From: Gekko japonicus
Taxonomy: Eukaryota
Assembly (NCBI RefSeq): GCF_001447785.1
Contig: NW_015162102.1
Location: forward strand, 3,615 to 67,614
DNA length: 64,000 nucleotides
Direction of reading: 5' to 3'
Every line of letters starts with the position of its first letter. Position 1 is the first letter of the stretch. The notes below the pieces were generated by a model. That model had not been told where the DNA came from. It was given only the letters and a program-made list of their open reading frames with translations, and made no database searches. Both the position numbers and the translations under genes were made by a program. Below, piece after piece: positions 59,365-64,000 of this stretch.

Positions 59365-59625
59365 TTTATTTACCCATAATTGTACATAATATTCCAAACA
59401 GGTTCAGGCCATAACGACGGTGTGATACTGGCCATTTTATTTTCTCCTACCGTTACTCTGCTGCCATTCTTTACCCAGTTCATGAGATATACGAGGACTT
59501 GTTCTCTAAACCTGTGATTACTAAGAGAAGCCTTTGGTAATACATTTTGTTTAAAGCTTTTTGAATGTCCAAGTAAATTAAGTCTACTGGATCGCCCCAT
59601 TTACTTGTTTGCTGACACTCCCAGG
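59365..59625 (-). mobile_element. Old CR1 RT fragment
   Basis: GDPVDLIYLDIQKA..QRLLS motif. Confidence 0.7.
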
Positions 59626-60356
59626 ATTTTTTAGAACTGTATTTATTTATTTATATTCCACCTCTGCAGAGCTCCAGGTGGCTCACAAAGTAAGATAAAA
59701 TCATACAAATGAAATTGTTAAAATTAACAACCTTTTTATCTTCTTTCCTGTGCTACTAGTACACACATGCACAATGATAAATCACTGTAAAAAAGCAGTC
59801 AGTGTTATTGTACATGACTGCACCACAGTTAGGTTTGTGCTGCATTTTACTGATGTGCACCTGCACTCATGAACAAGTAATTGAGAACACCCAAATCGGG
59901 GGAGAAATTTGGACGTGGAGAATTTTAAAACAATGTTAATTAGGGTTGCAGATGAGGTCCCTTTGCACACACCTTTCCCTGGCCCAGTACAGACTGCTGG
60001 GCATCATATCTCTACAACACACACACACCTTCAGAGTCCCTATGAGACTTTTTGTATGCCTATTCCTGAAAATAACATCATAATGGGGTTATGATGACTG
60101 AGTCTTTCTTTCAGGCTGAAGAGTTAATCCTGAGATGAATCACTATTAATAGAGAATCCTATGTAAGCACAAATTATTTCTAGTATAAGTAACTTCACAT
60201 TGTGTGAAGTATTAGTGCTGTACACATTTATGTACATAAGTACTTAATAAATGAAACATAACAAAGAGATAAAGTAATACTTAGCCAACAAAGGAATATT
60301 TGCAGAACCAAACAACTTTCATACTGCATTAATTGCACTAAGCTGTAATAACTCAC

Positions 60357-60422
60357 AGCCAGGAGCAAAGTGGAATAAAATGTTACCGGTCTTTCACGGA
60401 GATGTTTGTTCACTTGGAATTC
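60357..60422 (-). other. Candidate host micro-exon (66 nt, or 36 nt with the alternative donor)
   Basis: Acceptor TTTGTTTTTGTTTCAG|GAA, donors CCG|GTAACA and GCT|GTGAGT, open phase-0 frame EFQVNKHLRERP(VTFYSTLLLA). Confidence 0.35.
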
Positions 60423-61493
60423 CTGAAACAAAAACAAATGGCATCTTCTTTCCATTCCAGAACTAAAAATGCAGGCTTCTTTGTATGAATTTTGAAAGAG
60501 AGTGTTGTATTTATCACCAGCAGAACCCCAGGAGGAGCTACATGTGAGAGACTGAATGTTTAGCTGTGTGTGTTAGTGTCATGCTCTTGTCAAGATTTTT
60601 TAAAAACCCACAGTACTCAAAATTGTGCCACTTGTACTTTACAAATGCTAAAATTATGTCAAGTGCAAGCCAATGGTCATGAAGAGCTGCAGTCTGGTGA
60701 ACTGTCCTGTGGGGACTGTTGGAAGTTTCGGATGCAATCTCCCCTGTCTCAGACCTCCAGACTGAGTGGCAAGAGAGGCCAGATAGCTAGATAGGCACAC
60801 TGACCTTTCTTCCTATATCTACTCTTCTGCCACTGTCCTCTTTGAAATACTGATTGTGTTCTCAGGGATCAACTTCCCTTTCCTCTTCCTCTCTCTCTCT
60901 CTGAATGAAGACTTGCTCTCTACCTGCACACACCAAGAGAGGGACATGCTGTCCTCTCTTGGCACTATGAGGCAGATGGGCCTCTCACCATCCACCTCCA
61001 TCCTTTAGCTAGTAAATTTGTAACCCATCAGTCTCTGCTCTTTCCTATCCAAAGTGTACTTCTCAAATAAAGAGAGAAGTATTTCTCTTCTAAACTTGCA
61101 ATGTGGCTCTGTGTAGCTTTGTAAGCTGAGTAACCTGGTAAAGTGACGCTCCTGCATTTGTAGCTTTATTTAAGCACTCTGCTAAACTAATGGTGACTGG
61201 ACTAACCACACCAGTTAACATCAATAGGGACTACTTAAATGGTTCTGAGATTTGAGCAATTGCAGCAGCTCAAAAAAGTGGAGGTAGGATCATGACAAAT
61301 CATGGCCGCTATACAGATAGAAACAATGCAGAGGGACCAGCTCACACAAATAGTGTTTCAGCATGACTGCCACTCCCAAGTCAATCGTGTGAGGGTTAAC
61401 ACCTTGCGTGGACTGGCACAATATGAAAATTAAATAAGATAAAATAAAACCACAGCAACTTTGGGTTGCATTATTTATGTGTCAAAAAATGCA

Positions 61494-61690
61494 GTCTAAT
61501 GATACAAAATAAAAAAGAAAAGGTACACGAAAGGAGGTGGGAAAAAGTATATATGTGGATAGAAAAACTGATAGAAAATTAGTAACCCCAACTTGTAAAG
61601 AAAAAACAAGAAATGAATGACTCTTGATATGTAACTTTAACAGATGAAATGTTTGTATATATAAAGTTCAATAAAATAAAAAACTGTAAA
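61494..61690 (+). mobile_element. Short L1-like 3' end insertion
   Basis: AATAAA + A-rich tail and a flanking AAAAAATGCA direct repeat. Confidence 0.55.
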
Positions 61691-61854
61691 AAAAAATGCA
61701 AAAGCGATAGATCTTGATGTGAATCAGTCAGCATGCTATGTTGAGTTACATACTGGCTGATGGTTTACAACCTATGTTTATATGTTGACTTAAAGTTTCA
61801 CTATATTCAGTGGGAGTTCATTTGAAATTTCCTTCTAGAACAAATGCTGAAGAT

Positions 61855-62063
61855 CAGGGGTCATTTTGGGGGGGGGACGCGGGGGGACGCTATCCCCCCG
61901 GGTGAGGTGCAGGAGGGCGGGGCTGGGGGTCCCTGCTGGTGCCCCTGGAGGTCGCCGCCGGCTGTGGGGAGGACACACTACCGGTGATGTCAGGGGGTGT
62001 GGCATATGCTATTGAGTTATGCTAATGAGTCCCCCTAGCTCTTTTTCTACGAAATGACCCCTG
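61855..62063 (-). mobile_element. hAT MITE (CAGGGG family), copy 3
   Basis: TIRs CAGGGGTCATTT / AAATGACCCCTG and 8-bp TSD CTGAAGAT. Confidence 0.9.
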
Positions 62064-62254
62064 CTGAAGATCCTTTTTTTCCCTTACATGTGAAAGAAAT
62101 TACAAGGACAAAAGCTGATCGAAGACAGCAAGTGAAAACCAGGAACTTCTCCATTGCCATAGTGAGAAGAAGAGCTCACAACACGGGAGATGATCTCATG
62201 TATTCAAATTCTTACCACTAGACAACAATGGCACAGTGCTTTACATTGGATGGA

Positions 62255-62712
62255 TCATGCCCAGTATATGTTTATTCAGAAGTAAATCCCACTAAATTCT
62301 CTGGGTTTAGCTTTTAAGAAAGCATGTACAGGATAGCAACCTTACAGTACAATCCTACGCAGAGTTACACCAATGTAAATAAATGGGCTTAGATTGGAGT
62401 ACCTCTGGACAGGATTGTACTTCTAGAGAGCAATCCTAAAATTAGGCTTGCCAAGTCCCCCCGGGGGGTGGGGAAACCCCCGAAACCGTTATGGTTTTCC
62501 CTTGGATGGTCGTGGCCCCGCCCCCAGCATGCCAGGCGTGGCTGTGTCACTTCTGGGCGACGTGAATGCAGCACGCGCTCCAGCCGCCAGCCGGGAGTCC
62601 CCCGCTGAGGCTGAATTCACACTTGGCAACCCTACCTAAAATAGTCTATTCAGAATTCTACTCAGGTATATTCAGTGGGGCGTACTTCCAGGAAACGTCC
62701 TTAGGATTGTAC
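62255..62712. repeat. Cluster of old palindromic mini-elements of about 75-85 bp (CAATCCT...AGGATTG)
   Basis: TACAATCCTA...CAGGATTGTA (62348-62419), GCAATCCTAA...TTAGGATTGT (62430-62710, split by the MITE), and a similar degraded unit upstream. Confidence 0.55.
62443..62634 (+). mobile_element. hAT MITE (TAGGGTTGCCA family)
   Basis: TAGGCTTGCCAAG / CTTGGCAACCCTA and 8-bp TSD CCTAAAAT. Confidence 0.9.
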
Positions 62713-63329
62713 TATTAGTCTCCTTGCCTGTGATAAAGCTACTGAATTTACAAAATGCATAACTGAAAGATCAGAGAAATTTTGGAACTATAACTGCCAC
62801 AATGTGTAATGCATCAAAACTATAAATAGGCTGTCTATATCCTGTTGGGAATATCCCGTGGAGATAAAAATCACAATCCAGGGTTGGCTGATTTTGTTCT
62901 GCAAAATGTAAAATACACAAAACTATCAAGAGAGGATTTTATTTACTTGCTGCTAAGGCAAGGCTCTGTTAGGCACAGCTGGAGTGAAGAACTGAAGCTT
63001 CCACACTGTAGTCTGGGGACTACAACATATTCTTCATATCATAGCCACTGGGCTAATGAGAGTTTGAGGCTATGTACGTGGTATGTTGGATGGAGGATTT
63101 GTTTTGAATCTAGAAGACCAGGCAGCAATGGATAAAGTATTGCCTCCAAACCTTTATCTAGAAGAGACAGCCACTGAAATGAGCTACAAACATAACTAAT
63201 GCTACTCAGGATTAAGGATGTGCGCTCAGTATAAACTAAAATGATAAAATATTCGATACATACCTTATTGGCATTTATCAGGAATTTTCTCAGCTGATCA
63301 CTGAGGGAGCTGGTAATTTGGCTATCTGA

Positions 63330-63720
63330 AAATGGCCTCCCTGAAAACCCCCCCAAACAGCCAAAGTTACAGGGCATATAAAGGGCTCTCAGTCCATTTA
63401 AATGCCTTTGGAGTAAACTCTCAGGCATTTAAAGGGACTGTGGTCCCTTTAAATGCCTTTGGCGTTCACTCACCACAGCACAGAGGTACGCCATGGCACA
63501 GGGAAGACATTTATAGGAATCACATCCCTTTAAACACCTTTCCCTCTCCATTGGAAACAATGGAGGATGGGGGCACCTTCTTCTGGGGCCCACAGAATTG
63601 GACCCCCTGGTCCAATCTTTTTGAAACTTGGGGGGGGGGGACACTGAGGAGAGGCACCAGCAGCTACGCTGCAAATTTTGTGCCTCTACCTCATCCAGGT
63701 GAAGTGTTTGAACCCAGAAA
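63330..63720 (+). mobile_element. Internal fragment of the gecko-type hAT-like repeat (same modules as 28040-28910)
   Basis: CCATTGGAAACAATGGAG, AGAATTGGACCCCCTGGTCCAAT and TTTAAATGCCTTTGG repeats. Confidence 0.55.
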
Positions 63721-64000
63721 ATGGGAAAACCCACCTTTTAAACCTTCTGCCTACTTAGGAGACCCCCCCACTCCAGAGTTAGGAATCCTGCCCCTCCAGT
63801 GGATCCAAGACACCCTCAAGCTCTCCCAACCAGGTCATTTGGCATGTAGCCCTCGTCTCTCTACCCTGATCAGTTTTTTTTATGACCAGCATTCATCTCT
63901 TCTGTTTGACACAATCAAAATGGGCCATCTCCAGAGCAACTTGATCCCTAACATCTGACCCTTCCTGGTGCATTTTATTACCCCTCCTTGTGTGAAAATA

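Overview
Repeat-dense vertebrate genomic DNA, almost certainly a squamate and most likely a gecko (Squam3-type SINEs, Sauria SINEs, BovB), with three assembly gaps. No host protein-coding gene can be identified. The only long ORF is a nearly intact CR1 ORF2 (endonuclease + RT, minus strand). One candidate 66/36-nt minus-strand micro-exon lies at 60357-60422. The rest is layered TE relics: CR1, L1, L2, RTE-X, BovB, two Penelope-like elements (each with a hammerhead ribozyme-like motif), three Ngaro/DIRS relics (tyrosine recombinase, SGNH hydrolase), two solo LTRs, many hAT and PIF/Harbinger MITEs with intact TSDs, and a hAT transposase relic. The most notable items are (i) a split and inverted AcademX-type XPG nuclease + Cys8 zinc-finger relic at about 35.9-37.1 kb, (ii) two hammerhead variants, (iii) a short HAL1-like retroposed unit with a 17-bp TSD, and (iv) repeated short local duplications at TE junctions. 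All family assignments come from motif recognition by eye, not database searches.
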